Notes under the pieces: generated by a model | The model's input: only the letters and a program-made list of their open reading frames with translations | Told to the model about the DNA's origin: nothing | Databases searched by the model: none | Origin: Nitrospirota bacterium | Lineage (GTDB): Bacteria > Nitrospirota > UBA9217 | NCBI GenBank assembly: GCA_963840455.1 | Contig: CAWIYV010000007.1 | Location: forward strand, 64,001 to 128,000 | Length of the DNA: 64,000 nt | Reading direction: 5' to 3' | In this document: piece after piece, positions 1 through 10,002 of the stretch | Numbering within the stretch: the stretch's first letter is position 1 | Layout of the letters: each line of letters starts with the position of its first letter | Program-made: the position numbers and the translations under genes

Positions 1-626
1 CCTGTGGAGAGCTGGGACGCACTTCCATCGACAAGCTGACGGCGCGGTTCGGTGTCATTGGCGAGCGGCTCCATGACATGGGGCTGGGCATCGACGACGA
101 TCCCGTGGTCTCCCTGGCGGAGCAGGATGAGGCAGACGCCAGGTCCATGGGCCACAGCATGACCCTGGAACAGGATTGCGGAGACCGCTCTCTGATCGAA
201 CGTCATCTCCTCCAGCTGTGCGAGAAGGTGGGTCGCAGGCTGCGGCGCGGCGGGTACACCGGCCGGACCGTGAGCTTGACCCTCCGGTACTCGGATTTCC
301 ATACGTTCACGCGTCAGCAGCGGCTTCGCCGCTCCGTGAACCACGGATTGGACATCTATGCGACAGCCGCGGCCCTCCTGGAGGGGCTGACGCTCGAGCA
401 GCCGGTCCGGCTTGTAGGCGTGAGCGTGTCAGGCCTCGAGCGGCAGATGGCGCAGGTCCCTCTGTTCGAGGATGAACGAAAGCGAACGTTCACAGCAGAG
501 GCCATGGACGAGATCAACGACCGCTACGGAGACTTTACCGTCACCTGGGGCACCCTTGCCGAACGGAACCAGCACGAACGGATCATCTCGCCGTCATGGC
601 GTCCGGGAGGGGATAGAGAGTACTGA
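1..626 (+). CDS. dinB: DNA polymerase IV (Y-family), C-terminal part; 5' end lies outside the window
   Basis: Little-finger (IMS_C)-like region: SMGHSMTL, LCEKVGRRLR, VSLTLRYSDF, VRLVGVSVSGL; next to lexA. Confidence 0.85.
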   Translation, partial: CGELGRTSIDKLTARFGVIGERLHDMGLGIDDDPVVSLAEQDEADARSMGHSMTLEQDCGDRSLIERHLLQLCEKVGRRLRRGGYTGRTVSLTLRYSDFHTFTRQQRLRRSVNHGLDIYATAAALLEGLTLEQPVRLVGVSVSGLERQMAQVPLFEDERKRTFTAEAMDEINDRYGDFTVTWGTLAERNQHERIISPSWRPGGDREY

Positions 627-635
627 ACTGCGCTG

Positions 636-774
636 TTTTACCGCGGAGAGTCGCTGAGTTCGCTGAGAAAAGATAGAACGCCCATAAGCGAGAAAGCTGG
701 AAGTAAACAATTGGACTTCTATCCTTTTATCTTAGTATTAAACTCTGCGGTCTCTGCGTACTCTGCGGTGAAAA
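636..774. repeat. Gene-less 9-bp-period inverted-repeat element (copy E1)
   Basis: Left arm TTTTACCGCGGAGAGTCGCTGAGTTCGCTGAGAA; right arm CTCTGCGGTCTCTGCGTACTCTGCGGTGAAAA; AT-rich loop. Confidence 0.85.
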
Positions 775-783
775 GGATTTACT

Positions 784-1395
784 ATGAACTATAAAATATC
801 CGAACGTCAGCAAACGATACTCGAATTCATCCGGGAAACGATGGCAAGCCGCGGCATGCCGCCGACCCTGCGGGAGATCGGCGAGAAGTTCGGCATCCGG
901 TCGACCAACGGCGTCGAGAAGCACCTGCTGGCCCTCGAGCGGAGCGGACATATCAACCGGGTTCGCGGAAAGTCGCGCGGCATTGCGGTCATCGGCGGGC
1001 TGCAAACGGCATCGAACGTGCCGCTTCTGGGCCGGGTCGCTGCCGGTGTTCCCGTACTCTCTCCCGAGAATCGGGAAGGCGATGTGACCGTGGACCCATC
1101 GCTGTTCGACATCAAGTCAGCTCAGCCGATGTTCGCCCTTGGCGTACGCGGCGACAGCATGGTTGAAGCGCACATCCTTGACGGGGACACGGTCCTGGTG
1201 AGAGAGCAGGCCACGGCCCGGAACGGCGATATCGTCGTGGCCCTCGTGGAGGGTGAAGCAACGGTCAAGCGGTTCTTCCTGGAGAACGACCGGATCCGGC
1301 TCCAGCCGGAGAACCGGAACATGGCACCCCTGTATTTTGACCGCGGCGACCTGCGCGTCATCGGCAAGGTCATCGGGGTCATGCGGAAGCTGTAG
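784..1395 (+). CDS. lexA: LexA SOS repressor
   Basis: N-terminal HTH (PPTLREIG), cleavage region VPLLGRVAAG, catalytic Ser (GDSM) and Lys (TVKRF). Confidence 0.95.
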   Translation: MNYKISERQQTILEFIRETMASRGMPPTLREIGEKFGIRSTNGVEKHLLALERSGHINRVRGKSRGIAVIGGLQTASNVPLLGRVAAGVPVLSPENREGDVTVDPSLFDIKSAQPMFALGVRGDSMVEAHILDGDTVLVREQATARNGDIVVALVEGEATVKRFFLENDRIRLQPENRNMAPLYFDRGDLRVIGKVIGVMRKL

Positions 1396-1590
1396 CGCTG
1401 GCGTTCAATGCATGGAAACCACCATGTTAACAATGTGGGGTCTTCTCCTTCGCAAGTGTATCGGGTATGCACGGCGATGATTTATTTCTGCACCCCGGCT
1501 CACAGGTCCGCGCAGGCATGCACTGCCGGTTCTGATAACGGGCTTTTTCATGCATCGCAGCACTTCCAAGCGTTTTTCTGCACCCCGGTT

Positions 1591-1697
1591 AACGCTCCCT
1601 CAGCAAACTGAAGAAAGCTTTGATCCTCAGGGTAGTAGCAATTTATTCTAATCGCTCGCTGAACCCCAAGTTTCGTGGCTGAGCTCACTCCTGGATT
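1591..1697 (+). mobile_element. TT|C-inserting hairpin element (107 bp, long form)
   Basis: Interrupts TTCTGCACCCCGGTT|CACAGGTC; an uninterrupted near-copy TTCTGCACCCCGGCTCACAGGTC sits at 1486-1508; ends CTCCTGGATT like the other copies. Confidence 0.75.
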
Positions 1698-1742
1698 CAC
1701 AGGTCTGCTTCGTGGAAAAAATTGTTGTGAGAAGAGGGAATT

Positions 1743-1809
1743 GAAGTTCTCTGCAGCAAGACTTCGGCGAGCTCGGTCGAGTCGCTGGAGGGGATGCGCT
1801 CGCTCCGAT
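1743..1809 (+). mobile_element. TT|C-inserting hairpin element, short form with a nested 24-bp insert (1760-1783)
   Basis: TT|GAAGTTCTCTGCAGCAA[GACTTCGGCGAGCTCGGTCGAGTC]GCTGGAGGGGATGCGCTCGCTCCGAT|CAA; aligns with the 46-bp copy at 63507-63552. Confidence 0.7.
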
Positions 1810-1840
1810 CAATACTTCGATAAGCCCTTGGAGGCGCGGA

Positions 1841-2590
1841 TCAGAGGCTCTGCCCCATCTTGCGATGGAGCTTCTTGTCCGGGTGGTTGGAGGGGTTGTC
1901 GGTGAGCAGGATCGTCCCGTCGGCGTTGGTGCCGACGTAGATGGTATAGCGGGGTGCGAACGTCTTGCCGGTGCCATTGTATATCTGCATGATCTTTCTT
2001 ACGTAATCCTGGGTCTCCTTGTACGGCGGAATAGTACCCCACTTCTTCACTGATGTCTCCCCCGAATTGTAAGCTGCCAGGCTGAGAGAAAGGTTCCCCT
2101 CGTAGCGGTCGAGCAGGTAGCGGAGATATTTCACGCCGCCCTCAATATTCTCGTGGGGGCTGAAGGTGTTCCTGACATTCATGGTGCTGGCCGTCTCCGG
2201 CATGAGCTGCATGAGACCCATGGCGCCCTTGCGGGAGATGGCGAAGGGATTGAAGTCGGACTCTACCTTCACAATGGCATGGACCAGGGACGGGTCAACG
2301 CCGTACCGTTCAGACGCCGAGTTGATGATGCTCACATAGGAGACCGGGATGTCTGACCTGCGCTCGCTCCCCGTTGACGTCGGTGCCGGCCGTGCCGCTG
2401 CTGACGAAGACATCGCGCCCCGGGCCTCAGCATGGACCTTCGCGGTGTTCTTCACCCGTCCGCCCGGGACGTTCGTGAAATGCACCACACCACTGTCATC
2501 TACGAACTGATAGATGTCGGCCTGGGCGTTTACTGCCAGGGAAGCCAGAAACGCTACAAGTGCCAGTATGTGCCGTGCAATGGATTTCAT
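1841..2590 (-). CDS. Lytic transglycosylase (SLT domain) with signal peptide and DUF4124-like N-terminus
   Basis: AIVKVESDFN, GAMGLMQLMP and LAAYNSG motifs; ADIYQFVDDSGVVHFTN N-terminal domain. Confidence 0.93.
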   Translation of the reverse strand: MKSIARHILALVAFLASLAVNAQADIYQFVDDSGVVHFTNVPGGRVKNTAKVHAEARGAMSSSAAARPAPTSTGSERRSDIPVSYVSIINSASERYGVDPSLVHAIVKVESDFNPFAISRKGAMGLMQLMPETASTMNVRNTFSPHENIEGGVKYLRYLLDRYEGNLSLSLAAYNSGETSVKKWGTIPPYKETQDYVRKIMQIYNGTGKTFAPRYTIYVGTNADGTILLTDNPSNHPDKKLHRKMGQSL

Positions 2591-2636
2591 CTCGTCTGAC
2601 TTTCTTTAGCGACAATTTGCAGACTAATTTTGCCTA

Positions 2637-2665
2637 ATAATACCAAAAAAATATGTTCCTGTCAA
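2637..2665 (-). promoter_or_regulatory. Sigma70-like promoter of the lytic transglycosylase
   Basis: Minus strand TTGACA-17 bp-TATTAT. Confidence 0.65.
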
Positions 2666-2761
2666 TAAGGAATGAGGTTTTTGAATTGGTCTGGCATGCT
2701 ATTAGGAATGTAACCTTAACACCGGGAAAACACCTTTATTACAACAAGAGCTCTATCGCTC

Positions 2762-2790
2762 TTGACTGTTCCGATTGGATAGATTATCAT
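2762..2790 (+). promoter_or_regulatory. Sigma70-like promoter of the GT2-DUF2304 operon
   Basis: TTGACT-17 bp-TATCAT. Confidence 0.6.
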
Positions 2791-2828
2791 CGTCAAACAA
2801 TCAGTTACCCGTTTCCTGAACTATCCCG

Positions 2829-3527
2829 ATGAACAAGATCCTGATCATCATTCCCGCTTACAACGAGGAAGAAAGCCTGCCCGGCGTCATGCAGGACCTG
2901 CGCAACCACGCTCCGGATGCGGACATCCTGGTCGTGGACGACGGATCCCGAGACCGTACCGCGGCAATGGCACGCCAGACGGGGGTGAAAGTGGCAAGCC
3001 TGCCGTACAACCTGGGGATCGGCGGCGCGATGCAGACCGGCTTCCAGTACGCCAGGGCGAAGGGCTACGATATAGCGATCCAGTTCGACGGCGACGGCCA
3101 GCACATGGCGGCCGAGATTGGCGAACTCCTCGACCTTCTCAGTCAGGGGCGTGCCGACATCGTGGTGGGATCACGGTTCCTGACGCGGGGGGACTACCGT
3201 CCTCCCATTTTCCGCAAGATAGGGATATGGATCTTTTCGACGGTCCTTTCGACCATTATTGGCATGCCCGTTACAGATACGACGTCGGGATTCCGTGCCG
3301 TGAACCGCAGGGTCATCGAGTTCTTCGCCCGGTCATACCCCGAGGATTATCCGGAGGTGGAGAGCCTGGTGCTCCTTCACCGCGCGGGAATGACCATTGC
3401 GGAGGTCCCCGTGCGCATGAGGGACCGGACCGGGGGGCGCTCCTCGATCACGCCCATACGGTCGGTGTACTACATGATCAAGGTCCTGCTGGCGGTATTT
3501 GTTGATCTTCTGAAAAAAGTGAGGTAA
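2829..3527 (+). CDS. Glycosyltransferase family 2 (DPM/DPG-synthase-like)
   Basis: IIPAYNEEE, VVDDGSRD, QFDGDGQH, DTTSGFR. Confidence 0.92.
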   Translation: MNKILIIIPAYNEEESLPGVMQDLRNHAPDADILVVDDGSRDRTAAMARQTGVKVASLPYNLGIGGAMQTGFQYARAKGYDIAIQFDGDGQHMAAEIGELLDLLSQGRADIVVGSRFLTRGDYRPPIFRKIGIWIFSTVLSTIIGMPVTDTTSGFRAVNRRVIEFFARSYPEDYPEVESLVLLHRAGMTIAEVPVRMRDRTGGRSSITPIRSVYYMIKVLLAVFVDLLKKVR

Positions 3528-3531
3528 GCCC

Positions 3532-3915
3532 ATGGACATAGTCAAGATATTGGCGATCACGGGCAGCGCCACGGTCCTGTTCCTCGTTCTGGAACTGATC
3601 CGGCGGGGGAGGCTGAAAGAGCGGTATTCGCTCTTGTGGCTGTTCTCGGGCGTGGTCATGCTCGTCCTTTCCCTGTCCCGGGAACTGCTCGAGTACATCG
3701 CCCGGCAGGTGGGGATCTTCTATCCGCCCTCGCTGCTCTTTTTGATCGCATTCGTCTTTCTTATGCTGATAACTCTCCATTTTTCGGCGGTCATCTCCGG
3801 CCTTTCCGAGAAGAACAAAAAGCTGGCCCAGGAGATCGCGCTGCTGCGGCAGGCCCTGAATGATCTGGACCGGTCGTGGCGAACCGGCACGGACGAACAG
3901 AAGAGTGAAGGATAA
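3532..3915 (+). CDS. DUF2304 family membrane protein
   Basis: Three hydrophobic segments, LKERYSLLW and KLAQEIALL; usual partner of DPM-like GT2. Confidence 0.85.
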   Translation: MDIVKILAITGSATVLFLVLELIRRGRLKERYSLLWLFSGVVMLVLSLSRELLEYIARQVGIFYPPSLLFLIAFVFLMLITLHFSAVISGLSEKNKKLAQEIALLRQALNDLDRSWRTGTDEQKSEG

Positions 3916-4008
3916 GAACAACTGCCGATCAGCTGCACGGCACTTTACATTCGCGGGCATCCATGGTAGATTTTGCGATCAGATGTCCCCGGAGGGAGCG
4001 AACAAACC

Positions 4009-5197
4009 ATGACCACCCTGATTGCCAGTATCAATGGAATATTCTCAAACAAGCGGTTCAATCTCATAGCCCTCTGCATAATAGCAGGCCTGATCCTGAT
4101 CGCGTACAGCAATACCTTCACTGCAAGCTTTCATTTTGACGACAATCCCGCGATCATCGAGAACCCGATCATCCGTCATGTGACCATGGATAACCTCATG
4201 GCGATCCTCAGGGCGGGACGCCCAATCGTTGATCTGTCGATCATGCTGAACTATCAGCTGAATGGCATGGATGTCGTCGGTTACCATATCTTCAACATCG
4301 CTACCCACATCCTGAACAGTGTCCTGGTGTATTTCCTGGTGCTCGGAACGCTTTCGCTGCCCCAGCTCCTTGTTCGCTACCAGGGAAAGGCTCAATGGAT
4401 GGCGTTGTTCTGCGCGCTTCTTTTTGGCGTTCATCCGGTCCAGACCGAGTCCGTGACCTATATCATCAGCCGGTCAGAACTGCTGGCAACGTGTTTCTAT
4501 CTCGCTGCATTTCTGCTCTTGATCAGGGGAGCGAGATCAGGGAACTTTATGTACGTCATCGGTGTAACGATCGCTTCGCTGCTCGCCATGAGCTCGAAAC
4601 AGTGGGCGGTGACACTACCCGGCTCTGCTTGTTCTCTATGATTACTTGTTCCTGGCGGAAGGCAAGATGCAGCCGGTCCTGTCGCGCTGGTACTATTATG
4701 TGCTCGCGGCGCTCCCCTGGATATTGGTTGTCTCAAAGCTCAATCTTTTTGCCACCGGAGGCGTTGCGGGCGTCGGATTCAATGTTGCAAGCGCAACCGG
4801 TATCACGCCGAAAACGTATCTCTATACGTCCTTTAATGTCATCTGGACCTATATCAGACTGCTATTCCTGCCGATCAACCAGAATCTCGATTATGACTAT
4901 CCCATCGCCAAGACACTGTTCGAACTGCCGACGATCCTTTCTTTTGCCGGACATTTGGCGATTATTACCGCGGCCGTCTGGCTCTACCGGACAAGAAGTG
5001 GACGCTCATCCCGTTCGGCGTTGCATGGTTCTATATCGGACTTTCTCCGGTCCAGAGCTTCGTCCCCGTTATCGATGTCATTTTCGAACATCGCCTGTAC
5101 ATGCCGTCGATCGGATTCTTTCATGGTCTTTATTGTGCGTTCGACGATGAAAAGCCTTGATGGCCTGAAGCGCCTGAGAAGGCGAAGCGGAGAGTAA
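4009..5197 (+). pseudogene. TMTC/DUF1736-like multi-pass membrane glycosyltransferase (GT-C), frameshifted
   Basis: FHFDDNPAI, LFGVHPVQTESVTYIISRSELL, RLLFLPINQNLDYD and FEHRLYMP distributed over several frames. Confidence 0.75.
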
Positions 5198-5242
5198 AGA
5201 AACGCCGGGAGAAGTCCGCCTCTGCGTTTGACCGTTGTCGGG

Positions 5243-6041
5243 TCACGCCTGCCCCGGAAGCGCGCGATGCTGTTCAGCACCACATAGGAGGCTGCGATGC
5301 CGAGGTAGCTCAGCCAGTGCAGCGCGTTCAGCATTGATGAGCCAGAGTGGCGCCTTGCCACCTCCAGTTCCTCGCGGAATGACCTGAGATAGGAGCTGGA
5401 GGTCTTCGAGGCCGTATAGACCCGGAACGATGCCAGGCACTCGTCCAGGACAACGAGAGGATATCTCTTTCCGATGCGCAGCCAATAATCGTAGTCCATC
5501 ACGAAATGCTCGTTCTTGTCGAAGACCCCGAGCTCATCCATGACCTGCCGACGCCAGAACGTGGCGGGCTGGCTCACCGGATTTGTCACCAGCAGCAGGG
5601 AATAGCTGAAATGGCGCAGGAGGAAGTTCTTGTATGCCGTGATAGCGCTCCGCATTTCCCGGTCCTGCTCATCGATGATCCGACACTTGCCCGTGACCCA
5701 CATGGCTTCGACGTGCTCCCGGAAGAAATCGCCCGACACGCATCAGCGCGCCCGGCTCATAGACATCGTCGGAATTCAGATAGGCGATAATGTCTCCGGT
5801 CGCCATCTGCGATCCCCTTGTTGATCGCATCTGCCTGCCCCTTGTCTTTTTCCGAGCACCATTTCAGCTGGCCTCCATACTTCCGTAGGATTTCGACCGT
5901 TCCGTCTGTTGAGCCTCCATCCATAATGATGTACTCGAGATTCGGATACCCCTGGTCCAGGACGCTCCTGATGGTCCGCTCGATGAACGGCGCCTGATTA
6001 TAGGAAGGGGTGATGACGGTGATGCACGGCAGGGCTTTCAT
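5243..6041 (-). pseudogene. Glycosyltransferase family 2 (WcaE/PGL-like), frameshifted
   Basis: [34 protein letters not shown] in one frame; VSQPATFWRR and MDYDYWLR in another; 3' end approximate. Confidence 0.8.
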
Positions 6042-7217
6042 TGTGATATTTCCTCTGCGAGAGAATGGACCTCTCTCCATACTTCATCGATCGCGATTTC
6101 ACTGATGCAACGGATTGTCGAATACCTGCATCTCCAGTCGCAGCCGAAGCAATTCATCTGTCTGTGAACAACGCGACCGTTGACGCCTCCGTAAGGATAG
6201 AACCTTCTAAAGTGGCCACCTCCCATAATGCACACAGTGGGGCATTCTACGGCAGCTGCCATATGGATGACGCCGGTCTCATTTGCGATCAGCATGCGAG
6301 CTTTGGATAACAGTGCCATCATTTGGGAAAGGGTGGTGATGCCTGCACAATAGACCCAGGGTAATTCCGGAGCATGCGCAGCGACTCGTCTGGCCACGTG
6401 TATATCCTTCGGTCCCCCGCAGAGCACCGGTATCCATTTAGTGCTGATAAAAAGCCGTCGTGCAATTTCTGCAAAACGTTCAGACGGCCATTGCCTTCCC
6501 TGCAAACTTGCGCCGGGAAAAATGATAAAATAGGGTTTAGCAATGCCAAATTTATCGAGCGTGGAACGGTCTGTAAGGACATCATGAGGATAGCGAGGAG
6601 GAGCAGCTTCGAATGTGTCCAGACCCAATCCCCGCAAAAATTCTGCATTCCTGTCCAGCTCGTTCAGGGGGAGGACGCGTGCCGGGATGAGACGCGTATA
6701 CCATCTGTCTGCTCGACGCTTCTGCCATCCGGTCATGTTGCTAAAATTTCCAGTGCTGCCGGCTCTGACCGGTGCGCAACTCACATGGACAACTGAATCG
6801 CCAAGGAGGGCAGACCGCGAGTACGTTGGTTCGATGGCGTGATCGAATCGGTAATTCCGGATATCCCTAGGATTCGGAAACGATAGACAGGATTTATGAC
6901 GAATTTCCTCGTATCCATGAAAACATAATGGTCGGCGTAAGGAAGTCGTTTCTCGCTAGTCCCGACCACACCCTGTTTCCCAAGAGGGTAATTTCCCACT
7001 GGTCCGGGGGGAAGAGTTTTCGATATTCCTTGAAGGAATCCAAAAAGAGGATAAAATCACCAATCATATCCAATCGTACAATGAGCAGGCGTTTCCTGCC
7101 GTCCTGGCGGGACGCAGACCTCCGCGGCAGAATCCGGACAACGGCATCGACGAGCTCGCACAGCGGAAGCGCGAGCACGACAGGGGCGAGCATGAGGATG
7201 CGTACTTTGAGGGTCAT
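6038..7217 (-). pseudogene. Glycosyltransferase family 9 (heptosyltransferase-like), frameshifted
   Basis: LLIVRLDMIGDFIL (6894-7217); FPGAS...RQWP and ANETGVIHMAAA (6038-6784). Confidence 0.8.
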
Positions 7218-7508
7218 GTATAGGTACTACAGTGAAGCTTTCCGTCGCTTAGTTGAACTCTGTTCCAGCTCTTTTGGGAACATCTCCCCTGGCGATGTCC
7301 CGATATCGACCTCATTGCCGCACAGCATAAGGTGAGATCTACACAACATAGCATCTTTACCGGCGGCTGATGTCTCAGCTCCGGCCGCCATTCTTCAATC
7401 TCAGGAAGATAAAGGTATCATGAGAAAAAGTCGTAGCTCCGTGGGCGCATCCTTTTACCATTGGGCGATCCAAGCGGTCAGCCTTTACAAGTTAATCGCC
7501 CGTTGGAG

Positions 7509-8266
7509 TCATTTGCTCTTAAAGATGACGGCCTGGCCCGTTGGTAGGACCAGAGGCACAATTTCTCGTCCAGTGAAATATGTATCGACAGCTTGTCTGG
7601 CCCCTGGGCATGATGGAAAGCCGTAATCATCAAATACAAGGAATCCACCTACGGATAGTCGCGGGAAAATAAAATCGCAGCAATCTGTCACGGATTGACG
7701 TATGTCTACGTCGATGTGTGCGAGGGCAATTCTCGAGCTCTCCAATCCGCGGAAGGTGTCAGGGATGAATCCTTGATGGTAAACAGCAATATCGTTTTGC
7801 TGCACATAGCTTTTGACTCCCGTAAGGGTCGTGTCTGAGAAATCGCCTTTTCGATGAAGGTCATTTGCATGATCTGCTTCCGGCATTCCTTCAAAAGTGT
7901 CAAAAAGATGCAGGCGTTTGGTGGGCGAGCCGTCATGAACTATCTGCGCGAGCATAGCTGCTGTACCGCCCTTGTAAACACCGCATTCCCAAATATCGCC
8001 GTCTAGGAAGAGCGCTTGTCAACACAGCGAATAGATAACCCAACAGCGGTCAGGGGAAACAAGAGTACGACTTTTTGCGGAATCGTAGTACCTCGCAAAA
8101 TCTCCATAGCCAAGCCATGGAGAGAATAATGGACGATAGTATTTGCGTCCGCGTTCCGAGATCCTTGAGGCCAGTGGGCCGGCCTCGGAAGACGGTAAAC
8201 TTCAAAGCCCATGTAATTCAACATTCTGCGTACAGCGTTTTTTAGCGGATCCATTATGATCTCCAT
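7509..8266 (-). pseudogene. TylF/MycF/NovP-like O-methyltransferase, frameshifted
   Basis: GDIWECGVYKGG (just upstream of the called ORF), LFDTFEGMP, HIDVD, VFDDYG. Confidence 0.8.
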
Positions 8267-8448
8267 GATTGATGAATCAAGCGGAGCGACGCTAGCATTA
8301 TATTTTGCATGCGATGGAACAGGTTTTCAGGACGTTACTGTACACTACCTCACATTGGGCGGAGCAATTGTGTGCAACTATCATAAGTAAGGATCATCAG
8401 TGAAATTATATACTTCAATCGATGCAACGGTATCAACAATTAATCGAA

Positions 8449-9087
8449 TCAGGAGGGATCCTTTTTTATTGCCCAGATTATCGACTCGAAACCATACAAC
8501 GCCCACGTAGAGCCCCAAGGCATGTTTCTTCCGATCAAGAAACCGATTGGTTCAAGGATCAGCCCCATCAAAAAAAGAAGGGGAGGCCTGTACCGCCTTG
8601 TCGAAATAGGGATGGAAAAACCCTTGGCGGCGATAAAACCGGTTATCTTATCGAACGGGGGTAGGAACCTGTGCGTCGGGTCATCGGAAAAATTGAGTGT
8701 TCCCCGTCTGGATGGGAACAAAACGCTCTTCTCAGAGGGAAAGGACAGGTATATGATTCCGCCGCTCTTCAGAGAATCGAGCATAGCCGTCAGAACGTCC
8801 CACGGTTGTTCGCAATGCTCAAGATTGTGGCTTGAGATCACCGCGTCGAAATGATTTATTCGGAGCGCGATCTCCCGGGAGAAATTCGCCGGGTCTGCAG
8901 TTATATATTCATCGGCGCAGCAGAGCGAAAAGTTACTTTGATTATAATCATTGATATCTATTCCCACGTAGTGGATGTCAGGTCGCTGGATTTTCACGCG
9001 TTCTGGGGAATTGTTCCCGCAGCCGACATCCAGCAATTTCGCTCCGGCAGGAAGCGACCTGATGAACCTGTCCCTTCCGCGGGACAC
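8449..9087 (-). CDS. Class I SAM-dependent methyltransferase (N-terminus possibly truncated)
   Basis: LLDVGCGN, FDAVISSHNLEH, LKSGG. Confidence 0.8.
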   Translation of the reverse strand: MSRGRDRFIRSLPAGAKLLDVGCGNNSPERVKIQRPDIHYVGIDINDYNQSNFSLCCADEYITADPANFSREIALRINHFDAVISSHNLEHCEQPWDVLTAMLDSLKSGGIIYLSFPSEKSVLFPSRRGTLNFSDDPTHRFLPPFDKITGFIAAKGFSIPISTRRYRPPLLFLMGLILEPIGFLIGRNMPWGSTWALYGFESIIWAIKKDPS

Positions 9088-9791
9088 TGTTCCAGCCAGT
9101 CCTTGATGCTATAGGCGTTGCCGGACCCGATCGTCGCCTCGAACACGGTGTCTTGCCGCACCAGCGTGAGCATGGCCGCGGCCACGTCGCCCGCGAAGGT
9201 CCATTCTTTCTCAACAGAAATATCTCCCAGTTCGAGCTTCTCGTTGCTTCCCGCATTGATCTGTTGCACAGCGAGGGCGATCATTTTGCTGACATGGCCG
9301 GGTTTTCGAAGAGGGCTCTCATGGTGAAAGAGGTAGCCGACATACACGCGGATCCCGAGGGAGCGGTAATATCGCGCTGCGTAGACCGACTGGATCCTTG
9401 CGACCGCGTACGGGCTCGAGGCCTCGAAGGGGTCGAGCTCGGAAATCGGTCTGCCGGTATTCTTGAACTGAAGACCGCTTCCCGCCAGGAACACCCGTGT
9501 TTGCGGGCAGTGGTCCTTCACCGACTCGAGGATGTTCAACGTTCCCGTCGAGATGGTTTCATGGTTCTCGAATAGGGCTGTGTGGCGGGTCGTTGAGTTG
9601 GCCGCAAGGTGAAAGATGTAGGCGGGGGTATATTTTCTGACCAGCGCCTGTAAGTCTTCATAGCTGCTTACATCGCCGCGCGTTCCGTTGCCGGTGCGCG
9701 ATATCCCGATGGGGGATATGCCCTGTGTCCGGCAGAGTTCACCGAGGTAGTGGCCGTCCTGACCGTTGGCTCCAAAAATGAGAGCGTTCAT
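9088..9791 (-). pseudogene. GDP-mannose 4,6-dehydratase-like SDR, C-terminally truncated
   Basis: GANGQDGHYL, HLAANS, SPYAVAR, FHHESPLR, LGD...KEW; family-like sequence stops at KDWLEQC where the next gene begins. Confidence 0.75.
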
Positions 9792-10002
9792 AGGTTTTAA
9801 AAGAACTGAAGAGGAAGATCGCCGCTCGGGCGCGAAGCCGAGAAAGTATTGCCAAGGTCAATACAGAAGCACCGTGCTTTCATCGTGGCCCGTGTTCCGT
9901 TAAACGTAGTGCACTATCATACTCGTCATGCGGATCAACGTCAACATCCGCGTACCCGCCACTCGTCCTGTTATTCGGACAAACCGGAACCGGGACCGTT
10001 CA

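Noticed and set aside
636-774. 9-bp-arm elements as plain rho-independent terminators
   Set aside because: Loops are 20-75 nt, the T-run precedes the stem, and they sit within co-oriented gene runs; some termination role is still possible.
1408-1977. Short ORFs between lexA and the transglycosylase
   Set aside because: They overlap repeat elements and have no recognisable protein features.
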